From an uncultured Treponema sp. (GTDB lineage Bacteria; Spirochaetota; Spirochaetia; Treponematales; Treponemataceae): DNA of 64,000 nucleotides. This document shows, in pieces, positions 1 through 10,546 of this stretch. The position numbers were made by a program, and so were the translations under genes. Each line of letters begins with the position of its first letter. Position 1 is the stretch's first letter. A model generated the notes under the pieces. That model was not told where the DNA came from. It did not search any database and saw only the letters and a program-made list of their open reading frames with translations. The stretch covers positions 787 through 64,786 of the forward strand of contig CAUTOX010000002.1 in assembly GCA_963539665.1 (NCBI GenBank). Reading direction: 5' to 3'.

Positions 1-72
1 TTTTGCGCAAACGTCCTCGCTGAACAGGTCGACGAATACCGAATCTTTGTAGCGGCGGTTGTGTTTGGCCAT
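1..72 (-). CDS. First 24 codons of a further Rpn-family (PD-(D/E)XK, TIGR01784-type) nuclease/putative transposase paralog; the rest lies outside the window
   Basis: Reverse complement of 1-72 reads MAKHNRRYKDSVFVDLFSEDVCAK. This is identical to the N-terminus of ORF 190..1068. The gene is truncated by the window edge. Confidence 0.6.
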   Translation of the reverse strand, partial: MAKHNRRYKDSVFVDLFSEDVCAK

Positions 73-189
73 GCCGGTTCCTCCTGTCGGCGGATTTTAA
101 CACAATCGCATGATTTTGTAAGCGGAAAGAAGAGCAATATGCGCCGCAAACAGAAAGCGGAAGCGCCGGCCATCGCTAGTATGCAATAT

Positions 190-1068
190 TTACAGCATCG
201 CAACATCTTCTACGCTGAGGCCGGTTGCCTGTGCAATAACATCAATAGCAATGCCGAGCCGCTTGAGATTACCGGCATCTTCTAACGCTTTTTGATGTAA
301 CCCGTCAGCAAGCCCTCTCTCAACCCCTTGTGCAAAGGCGATTTTGCTGGCTTCTTCGCGCTGCACTTCGATGTCTACGTCATAATCGTATTCTGCTATC
401 AGCATGTTCATTACCTCCCGTGATTTGCGTTGCAGGTAGTCTTTCAAGATGTCGTTTTGGATGCACTCTTTTATTGCATTCCGAAAGCCGTTTTCTGAAT
501 CGAGGGCGATATGACTGCGGACGATCTCGACAAATGCGCTGTATTCGGCGAGGGGGCGGCAGCTTGATACGATTTTGTCCGCCCTGCCGTAGTTTATGTT
601 TATGACGCGGACATACAGCTCCAAACTTGGAGCGGCAGGGCGCGTCATAAATGCGTCAGAAAGTTTAAGCGTATCGCTCGGCGGCAACTGCTCTCGGCCG
701 TTATAGAATAGGTAAAATTCAGGAGTCGGAATCATTTTGAGCGCCCGCAGGTAGCGGTCGCGGGGGCTTTGGATTTGTTCGTACAGGCGTGCGGCGTACT
801 CCAGAAAGCGCAGCGGCATATTGGCGTTGACGGTCGATTGGTGCTCCGCGAGCACGATAATTTTGTTGTCAATCAGGCAGGACACATCGTTGCGGAAGCT
901 CATGTACATAACGCGGTCGAGGCGCAACGGCTTGAGTTCGGCAGATGCGTCAAGGCTTGTGCCGTGCAGGGCGTTGTACAGCGCAAGAAAGTTGTCTTTT
1001 GCGCAAACGTCCTCGCTGAACAGGTCGACGAATACCGAATCTTTGTAGCGGCGGTTGTGTTTGGCCAT
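190..1068 (-). CDS. Rpn-family recombination-promoting nuclease / putative transposase (PD-(D/E)XK; TIGR01784 'T. denticola putative transposase' type)
   Basis: 292-aa ORF. The N-terminus YKDSVFVDLFS...NFLALYNAL...IIVLAEHQST...MPLRFLEY is characteristic of the Rpn/Transposase_31 family. A paralog lies at 45076..45978. Confidence 0.8.
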   Translation of the reverse strand: MAKHNRRYKDSVFVDLFSEDVCAKDNFLALYNALHGTSLDASAELKPLRLDRVMYMSFRNDVSCLIDNKIIVLAEHQSTVNANMPLRFLEYAARLYEQIQSPRDRYLRALKMIPTPEFYLFYNGREQLPPSDTLKLSDAFMTRPAAPSLELYVRVININYGRADKIVSSCRPLAEYSAFVEIVRSHIALDSENGFRNAIKECIQNDILKDYLQRKSREVMNMLIAEYDYDVDIEVQREEASKIAFAQGVERGLADGLHQKALEDAGNLKRLGIAIDVIAQATGLSVEDVAML

Positions 1069-1173
1069 GCCGTTTCCTCCTGTCGGCGGATTTTAACACA
1101 ATCGTGCGATTTTGTAAGCGGAAAGAAGAGCAATATGCGCCGCAAACAGACAGCGGAAGCGCCGGCCATCGCA
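997..1173. repeat. Direct repeat of 1..177 (offset 996 bp): first 24 codons plus about 105 bp upstream of the Rpn paralogs
   Basis: 1-72 is identical to 997-1068. 73-177 matches 1069-1173 with a few mismatches. Similarity ends near 177/1173. Confidence 0.85.
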
Positions 1174-1625
1174 CTCACAACATCGTATTATATAGAAGAT
1201 TTTACGTCCTGCATCAAACCCCTCGCAAGGGACCTGCGTAACTCCCGCTGCAAAATAAGACAGCTTGCAAGCGGCAAATCCGCGCCGTTCATGCGTTTTG
1301 ACGCAGCCCTTGCACGGGGCGCTCTAAAAAGAGCGGCCGCCCGCCAAGCTGCTCGCCTGCCCATCCGCATTCTCTCTGCCGCATCGAACGATGACGCGCT
1401 CTTGCCTGCCCCTCGCCGCAATCGCCTACTCTACAGGTATACTCCTCTCCATTAGAATGCCCGCCGCCCTAAGAACCGCCGCGCCAGCACATCCCGCCTT
1501 TTGCGTTCCCCCGGCAAGACTGTATAATTTTTCTTGACAATACATCGCTACATGGCAGATAATAGCCGACAAAACTATATTGCAGCCGATTGGTTACAAT
1601 ATAGTTTAAATTTATTTTTTTAATT

Positions 1626-3923
1626 ATGGAGGATAAGATGAAAAAAATCATTTCTTTCATCTCTTTTTTCCTGTTGCTTTCTGCGGCGGCAGTTGCGGAA
1701 ATTACAGCGAAAAAGACGGCTGACGGAAAGCTGGAAGTTACGTTCTTCTACGGCAATCCGCGTGCGGAACAGGTCTTGCTTGCGGCAGACTTTACCAATT
1801 TTAAAGACGGCGCCCTGCCAATGACCAAAACGGACAAGGGTTTTACGCTCACTCAGATTTTTGAACCGGGCGCATCGGTGAAATACAAGTTTATTGTTGA
1901 CGACAACTGGACAACAGACCTCCGTGCGCCGGACTTTGTTGACGACGGCTTCGGCGGTAAGAACAGCTTTGCCGAGTTGGATTCGCTGGTCGCTGATGCT
2001 GGCGGCGCGGACAAGGCAAAAGACTCCGCAGCGGACAAAACGGCAAAGAAAAAAGGCCCAAAGGTTCAGTTCCAGTCTTGGACGATGCTTGGAATGCAGA
2101 CGAAGTTCAGTACACAAGGAAAGTTCGACAAGGATGCCAAAATAGACGATAGAAATAAGAAAGTAACAAAAGCGGACAATGTTGCGCTTGGCTTCAAATC
2201 GTATAACAAATTGCTTGGCGACCTTACGGGCAATATGCCGTTTTTTATTGAACTTTCAGTTTCTGGAGAAGACTATGAAGATGCACATGTTAAGCTGTAT
2301 GACCGTACGCTCAGCAGTGGAGCAAATGCAAATCTGGTAAAAAGCAGCCTCGGACATCTTATCTCTGATCCTGTAATGTACCTTGCAAACGGCACAGAGG
2401 GAAACTGGAAGAATGAGCCAAAACTTGGCCACCTGAAATTCGGATGGAATACGCCGTATGTCAATTACACGACCGGCTATATCTATGCGAGGCTGCCGGC
2501 GCGGAAAGAAATCATTTGGAATACCATTGCCGATAACTGGGAAGCCGGATATGAACACGTCGGCGGTTACAATTTATTTGAAAACGGCGCAAAATGGCAG
2601 AAAATCGGCGATAACACGCTGAAAGTCGGCGTAAACTTCAATAAATCGGCCGACCGCAAAGGAAACAACTTCGGTTCTTATGCATTCGCAACATTTGACG
2701 CCAATATGTGGAAAATCGACGCGCAGTGGAATACGATGTTCGGAAGAGAATACCAGTTCTATAAGCCGGTTGAAAACGACATCATCATCGGTGCAAAAGC
2801 CAAAATTGCCGACGTTTCAATCGCGGCGCAGGGACTTATCGCTATCCACAATATGAAAACGGCCGACCTTGTTAGTGACCCTAAAAATGGCTGGAGCATC
2901 GCAGATGTCTTTGGTTATTCAACAGATGTATTCTATCGTTCCGGTAAATTTGACGGTATCGAAAATCTGGCAGGGAACATTACCGTTGGTTATAAGAACG
3001 ACAAGTTTAACGTAAATGCCGAATATCGGTTCCGCGGTATGGAAGCATCCATGCTCTATGTTCGCAACAACCATGATGACAACGATCACCGTATCCGCAA
3101 TATGCTTGGCTCAAAAAATACCCAGCAGGTAACGCTGAAGTTCGGCTTCAATCCGCTAGATGCGCTTTCACTCGGCTTAAAGACAAGCATGGAGACAGAA
3201 TTGAAGCATTACGGCACCAGTGCGTCTGATAATGAATTCGTCGGCAACGTTATGAGTTCTTTGCCTGCGGGATATAAAGGCGGAACCGATCCAACACTTT
3301 TGGATAAATTCGGTGCGGAATTCGGATTTACTCCATCCGCAACCTATAAATTTAATGACCTGCTCGGCTTTAAATCCTCTCTATACGCGTACGGAATTAT
3401 GAATTTCGCCTCATATAGAAAAAGAGGAGCATCGGCAGATTACGAATACAGCGCATCCGATAGTAAATTTGCATTTAAGTATGCAGGACTTGCATTCAAA
3501 TCTGAAAAGCTCAGCGATGTCGTAGAAGCTTTGGACGTATACTATGGCCTTGACAATTCAAAGAAAGACCTTCTCGGTAACACCTTGATTGCAAGAGTTG
3601 CGCTTCCGTTCGACATGGAAGTAACTGGCGGTATCGGAATCCGTTCCATCAAGAGTACAAAGGGCGGGAAAGACTACAAAAAAGATGCTTTGAACCCATT
3701 CGGCTTTGCCTTGGGCTTTGCAAAGAAACTGCAGGCTATCAAGTCACCGAAAGTATATGCACAATTCATGTGGAATATGGATATATATAAAGGATTTGGA
3801 GATGGTCCGACTGAGCTGAATCTTTCAAACGGCGCAAACCTCGGCAAATGGGAGTATACCAAAGGGTTGGATAAGTATGACGGCGCAGGTGCATTGCGCG
3901 TAGGCCTGCACTGGAATTTCTAA
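1626..3923 (+). CDS. Putative outer-membrane beta-barrel protein with an N-terminal CBM48/AMPK-beta-like (early-set) carbohydrate-binding domain
   Basis: Signal peptide (MKKIISFISFFLLLSAAAVA; the likely start is the ATG at 1638). The segment VLLAADFTNF...VKYKFIVDDNWTTD resembles glycogen-binding modules. A long region of alternating beta-strand-like sequence ends in LRVGLHWNF, a C-terminal aromatic residue typical of OMPs. Confidence 0.5.
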   Translation: MEDKMKKIISFISFFLLLSAAAVAEITAKKTADGKLEVTFFYGNPRAEQVLLAADFTNFKDGALPMTKTDKGFTLTQIFEPGASVKYKFIVDDNWTTDLRAPDFVDDGFGGKNSFAELDSLVADAGGADKAKDSAADKTAKKKGPKVQFQSWTMLGMQTKFSTQGKFDKDAKIDDRNKKVTKADNVALGFKSYNKLLGDLTGNMPFFIELSVSGEDYEDAHVKLYDRTLSSGANANLVKSSLGHLISDPVMYLANGTEGNWKNEPKLGHLKFGWNTPYVNYTTGYIYARLPARKEIIWNTIADNWEAGYEHVGGYNLFENGAKWQKIGDNTLKVGVNFNKSADRKGNNFGSYAFATFDANMWKIDAQWNTMFGREYQFYKPVENDIIIGAKAKIADVSIAAQGLIAIHNMKTADLVSDPKNGWSIADVFGYSTDVFYRSGKFDGIENLAGNITVGYKNDKFNVNAEYRFRGMEASMLYVRNNHDDNDHRIRNMLGSKNTQQVTLKFGFNPLDALSLGLKTSMETELKHYGTSASDNEFVGNVMSSLPAGYKGGTDPTLLDKFGAEFGFTPSATYKFNDLLGFKSSLYAYGIMNFASYRKRGASADYEYSASDSKFAFKYAGLAFKSEKLSDVVEALDVYYGLDNSKKDLLGNTLIARVALPFDMEVTGGIGIRSIKSTKGGKDYKKDALNPFGFALGFAKKLQAIKSPKVYAQFMWNMDIYKGFGDGPTELNLSNGANLGKWEYTKGLDKYDGAGALRVGLHWNF

Positions 3924-4005
3924 AACTCTTTTTATCAAACTAAACGCACTTGCAGTGTGCGCCGTAAAGCCAAATCGCTTGCGGCTCACGCTGTGCTAAC
4001 AAACA

Positions 4006-4037
4006 AAAGCAGTTGCCCCATGCGGCAACTGCTTTTT
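4006..4037 (+). terminator. Rho-independent terminator downstream of the beta-barrel gene
   Basis: AAAGCAGTTGCC (4006-4017), a 6-nt loop, GGCAACTGCTTT (4024-4035), running into a T stretch. Confidence 0.7.
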
Positions 4038-4399
4038 GCATTTATAGAAGAATTAGCCGCTGGCAGTTTTCGTAAATAAAATAAATACCGCTTTACCGAT
4101 GCTTTTTTGCACTCTGCCCCGCCCGCTCCAAGTTCCCCCACAAGAAAAAGCGCACCTTTAAGCAGTATTCTATATTCCTTACGCATACGGAATTTTATTC
4201 ACGCGGAGGCTACCCCGACACTCTGCGTCAAGGGGTTTTGATTGACAGCGCACTTTTTTACTTATAATATGGCGGCCAAACAAATGGGAAGAGAACAAAT
4301 TGAGCGAGTAATCCCGTGCGGCAGCGCACCGCACACCGTTCAAGACACTGCCGGAATGCGGCGTTTCCGTAAAATGCAGCGGCAGAGGAGGCGTCGAAA

Positions 4400-5161
4400 T
4401 TGTCAAGTTTTATCACATTGTGCTGTCTTTTTACCTGCGTTGCATGGCCTTCCTTCTTAAACACGCTCGCATATCCGCTCAACATCCGCTGGAGCCGGAC
4501 AATTTCGCAATACATTGTAAAAGTACTCGCTCCGCGCGTATTCGCCATTCTCACTTGCTATCGGAATTTTCATTTTTTTGCCTACAATGACAGCAAAAAA
4601 CTCCTGCCGGAACAGTTTATCATCATTTCGAACCATCAAAGCCTTTTCGACATTCCCGCTTACATGAATTTTTTGCGCAACAAGGAACTGCGCTTTGTCG
4701 CAAAAGACAACCTTGCGCGGCACATTCCGCTTGTTTCAGAAATGTTGCGCGCACAGGAACATTGCATGATACCCCGCCGCGGCAGTCCGATGCTTGCAAT
4801 GAAAGTTGTCGAACGGTTTGGCCAGCGAATCCGCGAGCGGAATCAAATTCCCGTGCTTTTTCCGGAAGGTACGCGCTCGCGAGACGGCAACGTCGGCCGG
4901 TTTTATTCTGCGGGATTCCGGAAACTCTCCGAAACGCTCAATCTGCCGGTTGCGGTATGCGCACTCGACGGCGGTTGGCGAATCCGCGACATCGGCAACA
5001 TCATGCGCCGCCTGAAAAACGGCTGCTACCGCATCAAGGTTGTGAAAATCTACCCCGCCCCGCAAACAAAAGAAGCGGCCGCTGCAATTCTTGAAGAAAG
5101 CCGCGCGCTCATTCAGCGGCAGCTCAATGAATGGCGTACGCTCGGAACAGATAAAAAATAA
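4400..5161 (+). CDS. plsC: 1-acyl-sn-glycerol-3-phosphate acyltransferase
   Basis: HX4D motif NHQSLFD and the FPEGTRSRDG motif. There is an N-terminal hydrophobic segment. The exact start is uncertain. Confidence 0.75.
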   Translation: MSSFITLCCLFTCVAWPSFLNTLAYPLNIRWSRTISQYIVKVLAPRVFAILTCYRNFHFFAYNDSKKLLPEQFIIISNHQSLFDIPAYMNFLRNKELRFVAKDNLARHIPLVSEMLRAQEHCMIPRRGSPMLAMKVVERFGQRIRERNQIPVLFPEGTRSRDGNVGRFYSAGFRKLSETLNLPVAVCALDGGWRIRDIGNIMRRLKNGCYRIKVVKIYPAPQTKEAAAAILEESRALIQRQLNEWRTLGTDKK

Positions 5162-5200
5162 CGCAGTACGCGCATCATCGTTCCGGCAATTCGGCTCTTT

Positions 5201-5752
5201 TTGATGCAGCGTCCAAACGAGGAAAATATGAACCGTTCGCCTCAGATTAGAACTGCGCTGCCGAGCGATTTACGGGCTATTCAGGAAATTTTTGCCCGCG
5301 CGCGCCGCTTTATGCAGCAGTCAGGCAATCCGAATCAATGGGAATCCGGCTATCCTTCCGACACCCTTATCCTGCATGACATCGTAGAACAAAATTGTTA
5401 TGCCATCGCATCCGGCGCAACCGTTTACGGCGTTTTTTCGCTGATTGCCGGCGCCGACCCGACGTATGCGGAAATAAACGGGGAATGGCTTAACGACGAG
5501 CCGTATGCAGCGTTGCACCGCGTCGCCGCCAGCGGTGAATCGAGCGGCATTTTTTCCGCCGCGGCGGCTTACGCAAAGACGCGCCACGACAATCTCCGCA
5601 TCGACACGCACCGCGACAACAAAATCATGCAGCATCTCATAAGCAAACACGGCTTCCGCTTTTGCGGCATCATCACAATCGAGAAAAATAATGTGCAGGG
5701 GAACAAAACAAGCGCACGGCTCGCCTATCAATGGAGCCGAACGGCAGACTGA
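5201..5752 (+). CDS. GNAT-family N-acetyltransferase
   Basis: 183-aa ORF. Its size and pattern (IRTALPSDLRAIQEIF..., HRVAASGESSGIF..., RIDTHRDNKIMQHLISKHGF) fit small GNAT acetyltransferases. Confidence 0.55.
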   Translation: MMQRPNEENMNRSPQIRTALPSDLRAIQEIFARARRFMQQSGNPNQWESGYPSDTLILHDIVEQNCYAIASGATVYGVFSLIAGADPTYAEINGEWLNDEPYAALHRVAASGESSGIFSAAAAYAKTRHDNLRIDTHRDNKIMQHLISKHGFRFCGIITIEKNNVQGNKTSARLAYQWSRTAD

Positions 5753-5785
5753 ATGCCCGTATATTTTAGCCGCTTGCATACTGCG

Positions 5786-6277
5786 CCGTCCGGTAGACTG
5801 CAATCGGGCAGGCAGACAGTCCGCCGACCGATCGCAATATCATCGCGGCAGCAACCGCCGGATATTCCTCCGTCCCGACCTGCGGCAACGCAGAGGCTCT
5901 TCCGCAAGCACGGAATGCTGCATCGCCAGACAAAAGCCAAACAGCACACACGGCAAGGTCGTGAGAGGTGCAAGGCGCATCATTAACAGCAAATCAGCCT
6001 CGCCCTCCGGTACACTGCAATCGTGCCGCTCGTCAACCAGCCGACCGATCGCAATGTCATCGCGGCCGAAACCGCCGGATATTCCTCCGTCCCGACCTGC
6101 GGCAACGCAGAGGCTCTTCCGCAAGCACGGAATGCTGCATCGCCAGACAAAAGCCAAACAGCACACACGGCAAGGTCGTGAGAGGTGCAAGGCGCATCAT
6201 TAACAGCAAATCAGCCTCGCCCTCCGGTACACTGCAATCGTGCCGCTCGTCAACCAGCCGACCGATCGCAATGTCAT
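5786..6277. repeat. Tandem repeat, 217-bp unit, about 2.3 copies
   Basis: The string CCGGTAcACTGCAATCG...GACCGATCGCAATgTCATCGCGGC recurs at about 5789, 6006 and 6223. ORF-track entries repeat with a 217-nt offset (5968 vs 6185). Confidence 0.85.
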
Positions 6278-6324
6278 CGCGGCAGCCCCTCGCGTGATTG
6301 CGGCACACCGCGCCTCGCAGAAAA

Positions 6325-7620
6325 TTATTCATCCATCAGCGTGATTTCGACGCGGCGGTTGCGCTTTCTGCCGGATTCGGTGGCATTGGACGCGGCTGGT
6401 TCGGAGGCTCCTTTTCCAGCGGTGAATATGCAATCGGACTTCCGAACGCCTAAGCCGCTCAGGTAATCTGCAACCGACGCCGCCCGTTCTTCGGACAGCT
6501 GCTGCTGAGAGGCAACTGTCCCCCGATCAGCGCAATGGCCGGTAACGAGGATGTCATTGCTGAAATTTTTAAGAATATCGGCAATACCGTCCAGTTTTTT
6601 CTTTTCACCGGCGGACAAGTCGGCGGAATCCGCCTCAAACTGGATGTCCTCCATGATTATGGTCAGCCCTTTTTTGCTTTCCGCAACCTGCACATCCTTT
6701 AAGCCCAGCTCATTTACCCGCTCGGTAATTTTAGAAAGATTCTCTTTTGTCGCGCTGCGCGTGTATTCCGTTACTTCCGCGCGCGCCGTTCCCTGAAACG
6801 TAACCGTCTCCCCGCCAAACGTCTGCATGAATATCCGAAAAGATTCGCTGTAATGGTCAATAGCCCCGCGCTCGTTGTCCCACCAAATCTTCTGATTGGA
6901 TTGCCCCGCTGTTACCGCAGGAAGATGACGCTTGTCCGCACCGGAAGCAGCCGCCGGACTTTCAAAATACAAATTGTACTGAACTTCAATGAGGCTCAAT
7001 ACCGTTCCGTCCGCCTGCCGCGCATCTCCCTTGTACTCGTACGAAGCGACAAACGGAACTTTATACGGATGGGGAATCCCGAACGTTCGCCGCAAATCAT
7101 GCGCTTCGGAGCCTTCCGCAGTCCACTTTGCGCCCGCTCGCAGCGGTTCAGCAGGAAAAACCGGAACATTCCGCACGGTCGGCATAAAGTAATTATCGCC
7201 GATTTTATATTTGCCGTCCGCCGTGCGGGAAAACACGCTCCGATATTCCTCTCCCCATGTGAAATTCCCCGCACCGCGCGTAACAGTAGAATTCTCGGAA
7301 GTCATAAAATGCACCTGCTCGGTACTTGTCCCCGCTGCATCGACATCCGTTACCGTTGCTGTGATGCGGTTGAGAATGTCTGCGTGATGATGGAAGTTGC
7401 CATTGAAGAACACATCTTCGTAGACGCTGGAAAGGATGCGGCTTTGCGCGCCCTTTTTGAATTTGAACGAAAAGGTCTTCGCCGCGCCATCCGTAATGAG
7501 CGGCGCATTGTCCGCATCCCTGCGGTTTGCTTCCGAATTGAATTGAGTCTGCGCTCCGATACCGGATATAAAAACGGCCAGCATACCAAGAGCTGCGCCA
7601 AACATCCGTATATTCATCAT
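6325..7620 (-). CDS. OmpA-family protein (signal peptide, C-terminal OmpA-like peptidoglycan-binding domain)
   Basis: N-terminal signal sequence MMNIRMFGAALGMLAVFISGIGA. The C-terminus LVTGHCADRG...SEERAASVADYL...GKGASEP...NRRVEITL is an OmpA_C-like signature. Confidence 0.75.
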   Translation of the reverse strand: MMNIRMFGAALGMLAVFISGIGAQTQFNSEANRRDADNAPLITDGAAKTFSFKFKKGAQSRILSSVYEDVFFNGNFHHHADILNRITATVTDVDAAGTSTEQVHFMTSENSTVTRGAGNFTWGEEYRSVFSRTADGKYKIGDNYFMPTVRNVPVFPAEPLRAGAKWTAEGSEAHDLRRTFGIPHPYKVPFVASYEYKGDARQADGTVLSLIEVQYNLYFESPAAASGADKRHLPAVTAGQSNQKIWWDNERGAIDHYSESFRIFMQTFGGETVTFQGTARAEVTEYTRSATKENLSKITERVNELGLKDVQVAESKKGLTIIMEDIQFEADSADLSAGEKKKLDGIADILKNFSNDILVTGHCADRGTVASQQQLSEERAASVADYLSGLGVRKSDCIFTAGKGASEPAASNATESGRKRNRRVEITLMDE

Positions 7621-7816
7621 TCACTCCTCCGCACCGCGCATAATTGCCGCCCGCAAACCGGTTGGTTACCAGCAGTTGCAGCATTCTCTACCAGCCTGTT
7701 TCCGCCGGACATTCCGCCCCGAGCGCGTTTGGCTTGGGAAAACGCGCTTAAAACTAAACTGGCAGCAGGCTGGACAATACCCTATCATCTTTACGGAAAA
7801 ATTCTCTTAGGCCGCC

Positions 7817-9934
7817 TCAGACTTTAAACTGCCGTACTTCTCCAACCAATCCTTCGATGCTCTCTTTATTCTTCCGCGCCAGCTCATTGACTTCCTGTAC
7901 CGCGTTGTTGATCTGCGTAACGCCCGCGCTCATTTCGCTCATGCTGTTGCTGATTACGCGGGTAAGTTCGTCGAGCTTCTGCATCTCTACAGCAGCGCCC
8001 TTTCCGCCTTTCAGCATTTGACCGGAACCATCTTTGACTTCGGCAGTAACGGCGCTGATGGTTTTGATTGCTGCCAACACTTCGCGGCTGCCGTTTTCCT
8101 GTTCTTTCATCGCCATTGTCAGCTCTGCGCTCATGCCGCGCACATTTTCGGCAAGTTGGAAAATGGCGTTGAACTTTTCTTCGACAGTTTTAGAGCTTGC
8201 GGACAGACCGGCGATTTCGTCGCTGAGCTTTTTCAGCGTGTCGGTAATAGCCTTGCCCTGCGCGGAAGATTCTTCCGCCAGCTTCCGAATCTCATCGGCC
8301 ACAACCGCAAAGCCTTTTCCGGCTTCTCCTGCGTGAGCAGCTTCAATAGCGGCGTTCATAGCGAGCAGGTTGGTCTGGCTTGCAATATTCTGAATGATGC
8401 TCGATGCTTCGATGAGGCCGCCGGAGGCTTCGGCAATTTTCTGAGTAACGGTATTTGAGTTTTGGAGCGTCGTTTTACCTTCGGAGGTAGCAGTTGCGAG
8501 CATTTTCACCATATTGTCGCTTTTTTCCAGCGACTGCGTAACGGATGCAATATTGGCGACCATCTGATCTACGGAAGAAGATGACTGGGCAACGCTTGCC
8601 GCCTGCGTTTCGATGCTGTTGTCTAGCTGATTAATCGTGCGGACAATTTCTTCGATGGCAGCGGCAGTTTCGGAAACGCTTGCCGCTTGAGTCATGGCTT
8701 GTTGCTTTACCCCTGCAATATTCGCGCTAATTTGGTGCACTGCGCTGGCCGTCTCCGTCATGTTGGCTGCAAGCTCATTGCCAAGCTCTCCCATCATAGT
8801 GCTGGCAACGCCGACTTGCTTGATAGACGCACCAATTTTCTTGATTGTTTCGTTGAAATAGTTGGATAGATCCGTTATTTCATCGTTCCCCTTAACCGGC
8901 AATCGTGCCGTAAGATCGCCTTCTCCTTGCGCGATATTTTGTAAGCCCGCAACGGTTTTATTCAGCGGCTTAATGAGTATTACCTGTATAAATACCGTAA
9001 CAATGAGAATTAAAACACCGATAGAAAAGACCGCAAGCATGATATTAATAAACAGCACATGATTAAATGTTTCGAAGATAACCCGTTTATCAACTGCAAG
9101 GCAGAGATACATACCGGTTTCGGCAACAGGCGCAGTGATAATAATTTTTTCATCATCTTCAAGCATCCCATTGTTGATTGTTTCCGCAGTAAGATTGAAG
9201 AGCTGCTGTCCAATTATGTTTTTATCCTTATTATTCAAACAAATACCATTTTCATTTATAAGCGACAATGAGTATTCGCTGATGTCGGGAAAGGCGATCG
9301 TAGCAAAATACGCGCTTAAAGGTTCAAGACCAAGATCGATTGTTACTACGCCGAGCTTCTTTTTGTTCCGCGCATCCAATAACGCGGAAGTTATGGTAAT
9401 CATGGGAACGCCGGTTACGGCATCATTATACAGTTCGCTCCAAACATATTTTTTATTGCGGGCAATTCCGTCGTTCTTATACCAGTCAAATTGCTTGTAA
9501 TCATTCTGCTCATTATTGTATTCCCATGTCAGCTTGACAGTTCCGCCATCATCAAACCAGTACGGGCCGTACAATTTTGCGTCCGGCACAACATACGGTT
9601 CAAGCCAATAGCCGCCGCCTACAATAGAAGCGTCGGAAGCCATGGTAATGGCGCTGATAGCGGAGAGTTCTTCCGGATGGTCAAACCCGATACCTGTAAG
9701 CAACATCGTATAATGAACTGCGGCCGCTTCAAATTTGGAAAATATATTTCCATAAATCGTATGCGCTTCTTTTTCAATCCTTCCCGACAAGCCTATCTTT
9801 ATATTATGGATGATTAATTTTGAAAACGCTCTAAAAGTAATAGTACCGAGCATACTTATAATCAGTATAAATAGTCCGATTACGATAGCTGACATCTTAA
9901 ACGACAAGCTGTGTATTTTCCGTGAAAGTTTCAT
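7817..9934 (-). CDS. Methyl-accepting chemotaxis protein (Cache-type periplasmic sensor, HAMP, MCP signalling domain)
   Basis: Two TM segments flank a Cache-like region. HAMP segment: [22 protein letters not shown]. Invariant MCP hairpin: [41 protein letters not shown]. Confidence 0.9.
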   Translation of the reverse strand: MKLSRKIHSLSFKMSAIVIGLFILIISMLGTITFRAFSKLIIHNIKIGLSGRIEKEAHTIYGNIFSKFEAAAVHYTMLLTGIGFDHPEELSAISAITMASDASIVGGGYWLEPYVVPDAKLYGPYWFDDGGTVKLTWEYNNEQNDYKQFDWYKNDGIARNKKYVWSELYNDAVTGVPMITITSALLDARNKKKLGVVTIDLGLEPLSAYFATIAFPDISEYSLSLINENGICLNNKDKNIIGQQLFNLTAETINNGMLEDDEKIIITAPVAETGMYLCLAVDKRVIFETFNHVLFINIMLAVFSIGVLILIVTVFIQVILIKPLNKTVAGLQNIAQGEGDLTARLPVKGNDEITDLSNYFNETIKKIGASIKQVGVASTMMGELGNELAANMTETASAVHQISANIAGVKQQAMTQAASVSETAAAIEEIVRTINQLDNSIETQAASVAQSSSSVDQMVANIASVTQSLEKSDNMVKMLATATSEGKTTLQNSNTVTQKIAEASGGLIEASSIIQNIASQTNLLAMNAAIEAAHAGEAGKGFAVVADEIRKLAEESSAQGKAITDTLKKLSDEIAGLSASSKTVEEKFNAIFQLAENVRGMSAELTMAMKEQENGSREVLAAIKTISAVTAEVKDGSGQMLKGGKGAAVEMQKLDELTRVISNSMSEMSAGVTQINNAVQEVNELARKNKESIEGLVGEVRQFKV

Positions 9935-10546
9935 GTTCGATTCCTCCTTTCGCTTTTTAAAAAATATTCTTAAATAAAAACAGCGCGGTCAGGATACATT
10001 TCGGCATACCTGCGCGTATACCGAAAAAACATCGCTTGTGTGTATAGCCCCATGAATAAAGGCGGCTTTCTAAGACAGCCCCCCTCAACGGCTATTTTGA
10101 ATATAGAATGGACTCTCAAGATGTGGAAGACATCTTTTATCAAAAAAGGCACCTTCGTGCGAGACTTTAAACTTTTCGATTTCTTATGTCAAGTTTTCAA
10201 TTAATTGGTCATTTCGCGGCGTGATTTTTCTCTGCGGCAAGGCTCCGCAATGTTGTTAAACCTTGTTCAATAGTGCAAAGCGAACAGCGGCCTGTCCAGT
10301 GCCCCCATCTTTACGGCAACTGCCGGGCGTTTTCTGCGGAACTGCTTTATCGGAAAAACCTAACGGCAATGCTGCCTGCGCTTCGATGCTTTCTTTCTTC
10401 CGCGGGGCGGCGTGATTTTCAACCAGTTTTCCTGCACGGAAAGCCTGAAGCAGGCGCGCGACAATGTTTAGGCTGTTCGATACAATCCAACCGCTCTGCG
10501 TCCGGCAGACAAAAAAGGCGCCGGAGCGCAGAACTTGTATCTACTA

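Noticed and set aside
5691-6466. Overlapping ORFs 5691..6203, 5968..6297, 5840..6190 and others as genes.
   Set aside because: They are generated by the 217-bp tandem repeat. They overlap one another on both strands and have Arg/Pro-rich low-complexity translations.
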